Positions 39,341-51,300 of a stretch of DNA of 64,000 bases are shown piece after piece. The stretch is from Raja brachyura. Its lineage: Eukaryota. The notes under the pieces were generated by a model. It did not search any database. It was not told the origin of the DNA and worked only from the letters and a program-made list of their open reading frames with translations. A program made the translations under genes and the position numbers. The number at the start of each line of letters is the position of its first letter. Within the stretch, counting starts at the first letter, position 1. The stretch spans positions 23,002,001 to 23,066,000 of the forward strand of contig OY740783.1 of assembly GCA_963514005.1 (NCBI GenBank), read 5' to 3'.

Positions 39341-39869
39341 CTCCGATCACTCCGAACTCTCCAGTATAATTGGGGTGATTTTTCCACCTCACACACTTAG
39401 TCTGGCTTGCTTTCCATAATAGCAATCCTAATGCAATAACCGTAACGCTGAACAATCACATGTTGTCTTGTTGGAAAGTCTGCTATGTAGTTTCAGTGGG
39501 CAAGATTCCACACTCGAATGAAGTGCAAAATTGGTTCCTGTAAACTTGAATGAAAGTCAGCTTTTGCTCAGGCATTTTAAAAAACATATGGATAGATTAA
39601 GTGAAAGGGCATGGATCTGGGAATTGGGAGTACAATGCGGGAAAAAGTGAAGTTCTCCATTTTGTCTATAAATATAAAGGAGCCATGTTATCTAATTGGT
39701 AAGAAATTTCATGGTTATGAGATAGAGGAGTTTGGGTGGATAATTTACTAAAGCCTAGTATGTGGGTACAGCAAGTAAGAAGGAAAGAATGTAATTGTTT
39801 ACTTGGAGGGAAATTGAATACAGCGGTAGGGACATTATACCTCATTAAACAGGGCATTGTTGAGACCAT

Positions 39870-40425
39870 ATTGGTATTGGTGTGGGTTTATTATTGTCAT
39901 GTGATCCAGGATACAGTGATAAACTTTGTTTTGCATGCTATTCGGGCAAATCAAACTATACATAAGTAGTGCAAACAGGAAAGAAAACAGACAGAATGTG
40001 GTGTTACAGCTGTAAAGAAATTGCTGAAAAATACAGTGTATAGATTGCAGCAACTAGATGAGGAGAAGAGGAACCCACTTGTGGGCATGGGCAAGGTCTG
40101 TTTAATGATCTGATAACAGTGGAGAAGAAGTTGTATTTGAATCTGGTGGTAATTGGTCTTGTATCTTCTGATCAACGGGACAGGGGAGAAGAGAGAATGG
40201 CAGTGGGTGTGAGTGGTCCTCAATTATGTTGACTGCTTTCCTGAGCCAGCAAGAAGTGTAAATGGAGACAGTGGCAGGGTGGTGAAGTCTGGTTTGTGTG
40301 ATGCACTCGGTTATATCCATGAACCTCTGCAATTTTGCTATTTCTTGCGATCCTGGGCAGAGCAGTGGCCATATCAAATTATGATGCATCTTATAGCAAT
40401 TGCTTCTGTAGCAACTGGCAAGAGT
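39870..40425 (-). mobile_element. Rex1/Babar-L2-group LINE 3' fragment (degenerate)
   Basis: LQRFMD...IYTSCWLRKAVNIIEDHSHP; 3' region similar to the 22415-23005 copy. Confidence 0.65.
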
Positions 40426-42369
40426 CATTCAGACTGATGTCAGGGGAGAGGGAGATGCATAGATAAGGAAGTGTAAGGTGTGAAAACAGGGTAAAGGGGA
40501 TGGAGATCAAGGGAAATGTAGAATAGATCATTGTTATCTGGGAGAAGGTAACAACAAAGCAAACAGAGATAAAGTGTTTATCAGGTAGGTTTAGGTGGAC
40601 TGAGCAGAGGTGTTAGGCAAACCGATCGCCGATGTATAGGATATAGGACCTGGAACATTTCCAACATGGCAGTGCACCCTCAGTACTGCATTGACCAACA
40701 GACTGGTCAAGCGTACAATGTAGTTTAAACCCATAAGCTTTTGTTTCTGAGGTGGAGTATTGCCATCTTAGCCAAGGATGACTTCACATCCAAATTGCAA
40801 ACAACTTGCATCTTTCCTTTCGCTCTGCTTCTGGCTCAGGCAGTGTTATTCAGCAGCACAGGAGTGTAACATTGGGAGTTTTGAATGAGAGAGATCCTAA
40901 TTTAGTGTGATATAAGCTTGATTTATTAGATGCTTTAATCATTATCGCAGCAGGGCTGTTCTCTGCCCGATCGCGGAGTCCAGTACTAGTGCTAGCAGCC
41001 AGTCTCTGCAGTAGTACGTAACTTGGACCAAGAAATTCCTTGGAGATCTTCCCACTCCTTTGCTGTAACGTCATCTTTGATGAGGTGAGACAGCTCTTTG
41101 TGCAAGAAGGCCATGAAAGAGATGCAGTGCACAAAGAAAATCAAGAACCACAAAGAGCAACTACAGATATCTCGCAAGCATTCTGAAGTTGGCTGAGCAA
41201 AATTAAAAAAAAAAAATTGTGCCAGTTAAGTTATTTAGATTCATAGACCTATACAGCATGGAAACAGGACCTTCAACCCAGCTTATCTGTGCCAACCAAA
41301 TTGACATACTGGGAAAGTTCCATATAAGTTCATTCGCCGTGGGAGCAGAATTAGGCCATTCGGCCCATCAAATGTATTCTGCCAATCAATCATGGTTGAT
41401 CTATCTTTCCCTCTCAACCCAATTCTCTTGCCTTCCCCCCATAACCCATGCCAACATTTGGCATCTAAACCTTTCCTACCCATATATCTGTCAAGCACTA
41501 TTGGAACAGCAGAAGGTTACATTTTGGAGGCTCATTGTGGGTGCTAATTTTCTAAAATGGTTTTATATGAATAGCAAGTTGTGCAGATGGCAATCTGTCA
41601 ATAACAATGGAAAATGAACATTGTTTCCACTTTATAACAGGAGTGAGCATGACTCATTTTCAATTTTGCAAACACGATTATTGAAAATATAAAAATTGCT
41701 AAAATTGTCAATGGCACAAATGTAGTTAGGTTGAACGCTGATTTGCAAGCAGATTGCCAAGCGCGATAGCCCCAGATTGAGTTTAAAATAAACATTTTGG
41801 TGACATTTGATCACACAGCCCATTAATATTGTGAATATGAAATTCGATCCAAACTTTAAATAATAAAATAGGATTCAATTTTTGAAAGATTTAGCCCACT
41901 TTGGATGAGCAACGATAGCAATTTTGCTGCCTGTATGAATTATTTATGTTCCTGATTAGAAACGTTTATTGTGAAAGCGAAAGGACAAAGAAATCATTCA
42001 TTTAGATAACAAACACATTTATTAGTTATTCGGTTCTGTTTTGTTTTAAACAAGGGATGGCTGGGTTAATTAAAATAGCAAAAGCAAGAGTTTCATATGA
42101 ATCCTGTGATAAACTAATATTGCAAAACCTGACTTCAGTCCAGTTGTAATTTATTGGATTTGAAGCAGCTGGGTTGAGTTAACTGAATTTTCATCATTGA
42201 AAAAGAAAACAAATTTGTAGATTTTGTTGAGAAATTTAAATGATAGGGCTGTTCTAACTTTAGTACCTCCGTGGCATTTCTGAATGGTAAGCTATTGAAA
42301 TCAGTTATGCCCTGAGGATACCCTTTCATCCTCACAGCTGTGATAGTAATGGGTTGGATTTCAATGGAA

Positions 42370-43253
42370 TGCTAGGAGGCTGCAGGGTGATTTGGATAGG
42401 CTGAGTGAATGGGCAGATGCATGGCAGATGCAGTATAATGTGGATAAATGTGAGGCTATCCACTTTGGTGGCAAAAACATGATGGTAGACTATTATCTGA
42501 ATGGTGGCAGATTAGGAAAAGGGGAGATGCAACGAGACCTGGGTGTCATGGTACACCAGTCATTGAAAGTAGGCATGCAGGTGTAGCAGGCAGTGAAGAA
42601 AGCAAATGGTATGTTAGCATTCATAGCGAAAGGATTTGAGTATAGGAGCAGGGAGGTTCTAATGCAGTTGTACAGGGTTTTGGTGAGACCACACCTGGAG
42701 TATTGCGTACAGTTTTGGTCTCCTAATCTGAGGAAAGACATTCTTGCCATAGAGGGGGTTCAGAGAAGGTTCACCAGACTGATTCCTGGGATGTCAGGAC
42801 TTTCATATGAAGAAAGACTGGATAGACCCGGCTTTGTACTCACTGGAATTTAGAAGATTGAGGGGGGATCTTATAGAAACTTACAAAATTCTTAAGGGGT
42901 TGGACAAGCTAGATGCAGGAAGATTGTTCCCGATGTTGGGGGAGTCCAGAACAAGGGTCTCAGTCTGAGGATAAGGGGGAATTCCTTTAGGACCGAGATG
43001 AGGAAAACATTCTTTACAAGAGAGTGGTGAGTCTCTGGAATTCTCTGCCACAGAAGGTCGTTGAGGCCAGTTCATTGGCTATATTCAAGAGGGAGTTGGA
43101 TGTGGCTCTTGTGGCTAAAGGGACCAGGGGGTATGGAGAGAAGGCAGGTATGGGATACTGAGTTGGATGATCAGCCATGATCATATTGAATGGCGGTGCA
43201 GGCTCGAAGGGCCAAATGGCCTACTCTTGCACCTATTTTTCTATGTTTCTATG
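42370..43253 (+). mobile_element. CR1-type (HER1-like) LINE, ~0.9-kb 3' portion
   Basis: LQGDLDRLSEWADAWQMQYNVDKC, KKANGMLAFI...LVRPHLEYCVQFWSPNLRKDI; tail tttctatgtttctatg. Confidence 0.93.
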
Positions 43254-43498
43254 AATCAAATCAGGTGATCCCTCAGATGGGTGCTTGATCTACCCTGCTC
43301 AATCAATGTCCTTATGGTGAGGCTGAAAGTCTGGAACTTCATTCCCAGTCAGTGGCACCAGAAAACTGCTGCATCAGTGTGTTGTCCTCACAATTAATTC
43401 GATTGAATAGTGGAAAAGAGCACAGCAGAAGCAAGGTATAATGAGCTGACACTTCTATGGCGAACAAAGCACAAAGTGCTGGAGGAACTCAATGGGTA

Positions 43499-43691
43499 AA
43501 GGGCCTGTCCCACTTGGCGATTTTTATTTCAAAATCCAGCGGCGACAAAAAAAAATGTTGCGACACCTGAGGAAACATCGCGCGTCAATACGTTATCATG
43601 CAGCATCATGCTACAACTTTTTCGGTGACCTGATACGTCAGTCAATGATGCCGGCAGTCGCCGAAAAAATTGCCAAATGGGACAGGCCCTT
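43499..43691. mobile_element. Short TIR element (MITE, PIF/Harbinger-like termini)
   Basis: AAGGGCCTGTCCCACTTGGCGATTTTT ... AAAAATTGCCAAATGGGACAGGCCCTT inverted termini; inserted in a Penelope-derived element. Confidence 0.75.
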
Positions 43692-43910
43692 TGGGCAGCA
43701 AATGGGGAGGGAATGGACGGGTGATGTTTTGGCTCATAGTAGGGTCCTTCTTCAGCCTTCTATGGAGACCCTTTCACTCTCAGCCACTGATTGGGGATAT
43801 ATTAAAAAGGTGCTAGATGTTATTTATTGCTCCTTTGGAATCCAATCCATACTTAGAATATCACATTTTCCAATGTTATACCACCAGTTCTATTATTATA
43901 CAAGACAATA

Positions 43911-44206
43911 CGCAACGGTGGCACAGCTGTAGAGTTGCTGCCTTACAGTGCCAGTGACCAGGGTTCGATCCTGACTACAGGTGCTTATCTGTACGGAGCT
44001 TGTACATTCTTCCCATGACCTGCGTGGGTTTGCTCCAGGAGCTCCTATTTCCACCCACATTCCAAAGATGTACAGGTTTGTAGGTTAATTAGATTGGTAA
44101 AATTGTGAATCATCCCTAGTGTGTGTGGGATAGCGTTAGTGTGCGGGGATCGCTGGTCAGCATGGATCTGGTAGGCCGAAGGGCCTGTATCACCAAATCT
44201 CTAAAA
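43911..44206 (+). mobile_element. tRNA-derived SINE
   Basis: cggtggcacagctgtagag, gggttcgatcctgact. Confidence 0.82.
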
Positions 44207-45057
44207 ACAAATCACCCCTCCTCGAAGATCAACATCTTTCAGAGAACTTTTGACTTCCATTACTCCCCACCGTAAATCCATGTTCCCCAAGCACACCCAT
44301 GTGCGTCAGTCAAATCCATTACTAAATCTGCTATTCCGATTGAAACAATAATTAGCCCCAAACCTGTAAATTCCTCGCATGTCATGTCAGCAAAAAGTTA
44401 TTAACTTTAAGATCAGTATAAGTGTTTATAAATGTCATGGGACCTGCTGAAGTATTACAATATGAAAACATGTGAACTTAATATAAACAAAGTTATTATT
44501 GGAAAGGATTGTGCAAACCATAACACAACTTTTAATACTTAGCAACCGTGTAAAGTTGAAGGAACCCAGCTTGAAGTCACTCAGACTCCATTTTAGGGAA
44601 ATTAAATACATGCGATGAAGTTAGAAATTGCCTTATCTAGAAGGAAATTTAAATTGAAATTTATCTCCATTGTGACTGTAGTACCAAAGGCCAGAGAACA
44701 TGCAGTATGTCTGCAGTGTTAAGCTTTCCTCTGTAGCTTTTTGTTATGTTTAATAAATCTCCATGTCACATTCTGTGGGCTCTTGCCGAGTCATGATACA
44801 AAATTGAATGGTGCTGCATGGCATTAATCTTTTAAAATGTTGAATTGCATCTATGGGTGTAGAAACACCAGAGCAATTACATTATAATTGTGCCAGAGCA
44901 ATTACTTTTCATCACAGATTAATATAGTGTGTTGGAACTGTGAGGAACAACGACTTGATTCTAATTGTGAAATGTGGCTTCCACGTTTATCAGATATTGG
45001 CATTTAAAATAATTTTGGATAGGCATATGGACATGCAGGGAATGGGGGATGTGCATT

Positions 45058-45352
45058 TTTTAGTTTAGTTTAGAGATACAGTGCAGAAACAGATCCTTTG
45101 GCCCACCAAGTCTGTACCAACCAGCGATCCCAGCACATTAGCACTATCCTGCACACACTAGGGACAATTTACACGTATACCAAGCTAATTAACCTACAAA
45201 CCTGTACGTCTTTAGAGTGTGGGGAGAAACCGAAGATCGCGGAGAAAAGCCTGTACAGACAGCACCCGTCGTCGGGATCGAACCTGGGTCTCTGGCACTG
45301 TTCTCCCCATGTTGTGAAGCAGCAACTCTACTGTTGTGCCACCGAGCTGCCC
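45058..45352 (-). mobile_element. tRNA-derived SINE
   Basis: tagtttagtttag tail, gggatcgaacctggg. Confidence 0.82.
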
Positions 45353-46614
45353 CTATGTGCAGGTTGATAAGAGATGGTCTTGGCATCATGTTTGGTACTG
45401 ACATTGTGGGCTAAAGGGCCTGTTCTTGTGCTGCACTGTTCTATGTTCTATGAAGCACTGTTTTAGTTTATAATGGACCTGATAATAGTAATAACTGCTT
45501 GAAACAGTAAGGGGAGAGAAATGCAAAAGCTAGGATTCCTGGTACATTTGCAGTAAATATTTCCTATTTAAGTGATGATGTATTCTTGGGTCATGCAAGG
45601 AAAATTGCGGAAGGATCCCAGCCTTCTGTGTATTCCCTCCACAGATGCTGCCTGACCCACCCAACACTTGTGTGTTCTGCACAATGACTTAACTGACAAT
45701 GATGATGATTCACTAAGTGAACATCCCACTTGAGAAGGATCATGCCAAACACTGCAATTACTGTAGCCACGAGACAGCATTGGATTCAGCCAGTAACATA
45801 GTTATTCTGTGCAGTTTACTTATTGGCAGTGAGAGGAGGTATTATGAAGTATTTGCCCAAGCAGGCCAAATGTTTCAGTACAAGTTCCAGTACTATTATG
45901 GGCTTCAACAAATAGTTAAAGACAATTTGCAGTTATTACCTTTACACAGCATGGCAGTACATGTTAATTAGTAGCTACGAGTTGAGAACTACAATTTCAC
46001 TTGGAGGTGCTCCTTCGTCTGAGTGATCTGATGTCGATGATACCACCTAATTTTTGTCACAGCTGTACCAAGGCTATTAAGTTGGGACATCTAAAAGAAA
46101 AGGCTTAGATGGATCAGCAATGTCCTCGGGCTGTATTTCCGAGAAATGAACAAACAAGCCTGGCTTGTCTGACTATTGTATGGTAAAAATTGAAGTTCTG
46201 GGGGGGGGGGGGGGGGATCAGCTCATGAATGTGCCTTTTGATAACAAAGTTCAATTGAAATTAATACATTTTCTATTTTTGAGGGGGAAAAAATTATGTC
46301 GAAATTCATCCTTCATTCCAATACTGAAAATGTAACATAGTACCAGCTGTGCATTGAAGCCCTGTCAAAGTCATTGGAATCAAATCATGGAAGTAGCATA
46401 TGGTCAAAATATAGCAAATCATTAACATTGTGATTTACATTGTGAATGTTTAACATTATAAATCAAGGACTCGTTTCTTTTTTTTCCTGTGAATTCTGCT
46501 TGTTTCCTCTAAACACCTTGTGCTTTGATCATTCTATATTTTTGTCTAAAATTCCCAGAATTTCCAATCATTTGCTGTTCACTTGTTGATTTTAATTATA
46601 TTCCCCATATTTAG

Positions 46615-47230
46615 AGTCTGAGTTTAGAGTTTAGAAACAAACCCTTCGACCCACCTTGCCCACACTGACCAACGTGCCCCATCTACATTTATCCCACCTG
46701 CCTGCATTTGGCCCATATCCCTCTAAACCTATCCGATCCATGTACCTGTCCAAATCTTTTTTTAAATGTTTGTTATGCTATTTTGATGAATGACCAATAG
46801 ACAAAGGTGCAGGAGTAGGCCATTCGGCCCTTCGAGTCAGCACCGCCATTCAATGTGATCATGGCTGATCATCCCCAATCAGTACCCCGTTCCTGCCTTC
46901 TCCCCATACCCGACTCCGCTATTTTTAAGAGCCCTATCTAGCTCTCACTTGAAAGCATCCAGAGAACCTGCCTCCATCGCTCTCTGAGGCAGAGAATTCC
47001 ACAGACTCACCACTCTCTGTGAGAAAAAGTGTTTCCTCATCTCCGTTCTAAATGGCTTACTACTTATTCTTAAACTGTGGCCCCTGGCTCCAAGCTCTTA
47101 ACAATCTTATATGTTTCAATGAGATCCTCTTTCATCCTTCTAAACTCCAGAGTGTACAAGCCCAGCTGCTCCATGATGCTGATCCATGTCCCTCTATGTC
47201 CTGCCTTCACATGTGCCTAATTGCTTCTTC
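46615..47230 (-). mobile_element. Nested CR1-type LINE 3' fragments
   Basis: ggtgcaggagtaggccattcggcccttcgag, gagaattccacagactcaccactctctgtg. Confidence 0.75.
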
Positions 47231-47671
47231 ACAGTTTAGTTTTAAGCATGTTTTTTTTAATGTTGTAATACCGTAATTATTATTTTAAAATAATTTAAGA
47301 AGCATTTAGACAGGTACGTGGGTAGGATAGGTTTGGAGGGATATGGGCCAAAGGTAGGCAGGTGAGACTAGTGTAGATGGATCATGTTGGTTGGCGGGGG
47401 CAATTTGGGCCGAAGGGCCTGTTTCCATGCTGTGTTCTGCTTCCTGTTCTGAGTAGTTAGGTTGACTGTGTGGAGTTTGCTAATTCTCCCTCTGACCACT
47501 TGGGTTTGCTCCGGTTTCCACCCATATCCCAAAGACGTGTGGGCTTCATGGTTAATTGGCCTCTGTAAATTGCCCCTAATGTGTAGGGAAAGAATGTGAA
47601 AGTAAGATAACATAGAACTAATGAGAATTGATGATCGATAGACTCAGTGGGCAGAAGTGTCTATTTCACAT

Positions 47672-47773
47672 TTCACAGTCTGAAGAAGGGTATCGACCCG
47701 AAACGTCACCTATCTCCTTCGCTCCTTAGATGCTGCTGCACCCGCTGAGTTTCTCCAGCTTTTTGTGTAACCC
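47672..47773 (+). mobile_element. Penelope pseudo-LTR-derived short element with minimal hammerhead core, inserted in a SINE tail
   Basis: CTGAAGAAGGGTATCGACCCGAAACGTC at ~47680-47707; TSD TGTCTATTTCACAT (47658-47671, 47774-47787). Confidence 0.75.
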
Positions 47774-48348
47774 TGTCTATTTCACATGCTGTGTCTTTCA
47801 AACAACAATAAAAGCCATAATTAACAGCAATGTACTCATCAAAGAAAAGGATGTTATTTTTAAAAAATGAAATGAAAAATAGGCAATTGATTTAAAACAA
47901 ATTCAATCAAACTGAAAGTAGAACAAACGTAGAAACGTGGAACTGCAAATGCTGGTTTACAAAAAAGAACACAAAGTGCTGGAGTAACTCAGCAGGTAAC
48001 TCAACGCAACCGGATCACCCGGAGAAAACCCATGCGATCACAGGGAGAATGCACAAACTCCACACAGACAGCTTAACTACTCAGAACAGGAAGCAGTTGG
48101 GAGTTAACCACACTGGTGGATCCAAAGTCACACGTGGCCAAATTGAGTAATGATGGCAGCCTCCGATCCTTGACGAATATTAATGGATTGGATGGGTATT
48201 TGTGGCAATTCTGTAGTTTTATGGGCATCATTACTAAGACCCAGAAATGCTACCTGACATGTTGAGTTACTCCAGCACTTTGTGTCCATTTTTGAAAGTA
48301 GAATTAATTTTGATGGGCCTGCTTCTCTTCCTAGGTTCCCATGTGTGT

Positions 48349-48381
48349 CACTGATATGCATATTTTTTAATGTATTTACAG
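48349..48381 (+). promoter_or_regulatory. Branch point and 3' splice acceptor of the giant exon
   Basis: CACTGAT (48349-48355) fits the YNYTRAY branch consensus, with the A 27 nt upstream of the acceptor G. It is followed by T-rich tattttttaatgtatttacag. Phase 1 matches the usual lectican exon phase. Confidence 0.75.
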
Positions 48382-51300
48382 AGCTTGTACCAGAAGCTGG
48401 AAAAACTCCAACAGAATCACTTTTATTGCCACTCAATCAATCGACCGAAGATGTGACGCATCCATTGGGCTCCAAGATTCACGTTGTGCACATTCACTTT
48501 GATGTCAGAGAGGAGGAGGGTGGTGGAATCATTGGCAGTGGAGAATCTGACTTTACCAAATTTCTCTTCCCGCAAGTTCCCACAGCGGCTCCAGTGCAAG
48601 ATGCGCACCCATCGCTCAGCTTTATTAATGGGAAGACGCGGATAGAATTTGAGCCGCCTTATACTCGTGGTGAGGAAGCCAGGGGAGACCAAGTAGAAAG
48701 GGTATCTCCCAGTATAAGTGCAATACCAGACATGGATGTTATAGAAAAAGATGATGAAAGCAAGGAGGACTTCTTAACGATTGAGAGTAGAACTGCTGAA
48801 AGTCAGGAACCAGGAATCTCCACTGAGAGATCAAAAACCGTTTCCAGTGTTAAAAGTCCATCCGAAAGACCCACGGTTACAGAAAGGCAGATAAGAATCC
48901 ATTCTAGTGTTACTGGAGGACATTTGGACATCTTACCCAGCACGCAAGATGCTCAAAAGACACCCACACAGATTTTCACCACAGAATCAACGGAGGGAAA
49001 ACCTCACCTCTTTGGGATTGTTACAACTGCATCAGAAGACGTTACTTCGCCAAAAACTGAAACAGTGACCGGGACTGAAGACATCATTTCACACGAAACA
49101 ATTGATAAAGAAACGGTTGAGGCTTCTGTTGAAGGGTTTGAGCTGGTTTCTACTACAATTCCAGGTGCCCCTCATAAAACAACTACCAAACCAAGGACGC
49201 CGGAGCTATATCCAACAACCTTTGAAAAAGATGTAAAACAGGAAACAGCAGCACCGATAGAAATGTACATAGAAACCTTGTCCACATCTGGACCTGATGC
49301 GAGTCGTGGTGGAGAAATGCTTAGTCCTTCACCGGTTACAAAGTTAGTTGTCCCTCCCAGTATTATTGTACCATCTGCAACTGAAGAAAGTCGAGCCACG
49401 ATCCCAGAAAGAAAGCGAGAACAAACTAAAGCTGTCACAGAATCATATGACGTCAGTGAGGGCAAAACATTAAAACCAGAAGAAAGTACAGAGGAACTAA
49501 AACGTGAAGTAGGTTCTATTACACCAAGCAAATTATCAATAAGCAGAGCTGAAATTGTAACCGACAAACCTGAATGGGACTCTTCTAAAGTAACAAAACC
49601 TGTGGAGAAAAAAATCCAAGACATTGAGAAACTTAAAGAAGCCACAAGCATAGCCACGCCATTTACAGAGTTAGGTTCAGGTGAACCACTGAGTAAGGAT
49701 ACAGTTAGTTTATCATTCACAGAGGTGCCCACAGTGATCGTTGAAAAGGAAACCTTACAGACGTTTGTTTCAGTGACGACAACAGCAGTCGACGAGAGAA
49801 TTCCCGATGATGCCCTCACAACGACTTTTGATAAGCAAACTCACGCAGTTAGATCGCAAACACCATCAGTGATATCTGAGAGTAAAACCAGCCCTGATAA
49901 AATGGTTGTGGAATCAACTGTGAAACATCCAACAATTGAGGTATTGACAGAGAAATCTCCAGTCAAAGAAGTATCTTCTCGTGATTTTGAGAGTTCTGGT
50001 GCAGGAATGTTTACTGTCAGACCCACAGGACAGTTCAGTCCTGATATTTCCACACTTGAGGTGAGCAGTCATGAGTCTCCAGTGACTAGCAGAACATTAT
50101 TGGATGAGGTAACCCTTCACAGTGCTGTTCCAGCAGTACACGATCAAGATATTGGAATAGCCGCATCTGGATTACCTGAGGCACACACCCAGAGGGAAGA
50201 TTTGCTAGTAAAAGTCCACACAGAGGTGGAAGACAAGTCTGCTGCTACAGTTGTGGTTAGCGACAAGGAAACCGGATATACATTTGATTCAGTGACAAGA
50301 GAAATAGATGATGGAGAACGCCCTATCACTGCTTCCACAGTAATTGAAGAATTCACGTCAGAAGGACCATCAGTCATCACTGAGCTCAAAACCACCCTAG
50401 AGAAAAAGGTTACAGCATCAACTTTGAAACCTCCTGCAATTGGCGAAACCAGACTAATGGAAAAAGTTTCAGTCAAACCAACCCCTTCTCCAGAAATTGT
50501 AAGTTCTCGTGAAAAAATGGTTACATCCAAACAAATGGTTCAATTTGGGCCTGACGATTCCACATTAGAAATGAGCTCTACACCTTTACCAGTGACCACG
50601 AAAACATTAGTTGATGGGAAAGCTCTCCACAGTACAGCTGCAGTTACACGTGAGAGTGAGGAGGAATCTTCTGGTTCTGGTTTGCTGGAGGCACACACAG
50701 TGAGGGATGGTTTGCTGGTCAAAGTCCACACACAGCTGGCAGAAAAGTCTACATCAACAGTCATCGTTGATCATGAGGAAACCAGATATACATCAGTTTC
50801 AGTCACCAGTGAAGTAGAAGATGCAGCTCCTCATGATACTGTTACACCTGTAATTGTAAAAACAACCCAAGAAACCTCATCGGCAGCACCGTCAGTGATC
50901 ACGGAGATCAAAACAACACCAAAGAAAGTGGTTACAGCCTCCACTATGAAGCCTCCATCAATTGACGAATCAGGAATAACGGAGAAAGTTGCAGATGAAC
51001 TACCCCGTTCCCCAGATTTTGAGAGTTCCGGTGAAGGAATATTTACAATCAGACCCACGGGCCGTTTTTTTCCTGACATTTCCACACCAGAGGTGAGCCG
51101 CCATGAGTCTACAGTGACAAGCAGAACTTCATTGGATGGGGAGGTACTTCACAGTGCTGTTCCTGTAGCACCCGATCGAGAGACTGGAATACCAACATCT
51201 GCATTAACTGAGGCACACACACGCACTGAAGGTTTCCAGGTGAAAGACCACACAGAGGTGGAAGACAAGACTGCAGCAACAGTTGTGGACGGTGATAAGG

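Noticed and set aside
40850-41180. Coding-looking stretch with short ORFs
   Set aside because: No recognisable protein motif or convincing splice pair, and stops in the + frames I checked.
7945-46216. Several long poly-C or poly-G runs (e.g. 7945, 11646, 22036, 29546, 36705, 46199)
   Set aside because: Homopolymers, several within TE remnants. Their lengths are unreliable and there is no evidence of function.
48321-48334. Upstream acceptor-like cttctcttcctag
   Set aside because: Phase-1 entry here hits TGA at 48352-48354. The acceptor at 48381 has a well-placed branch point and the expected phase.
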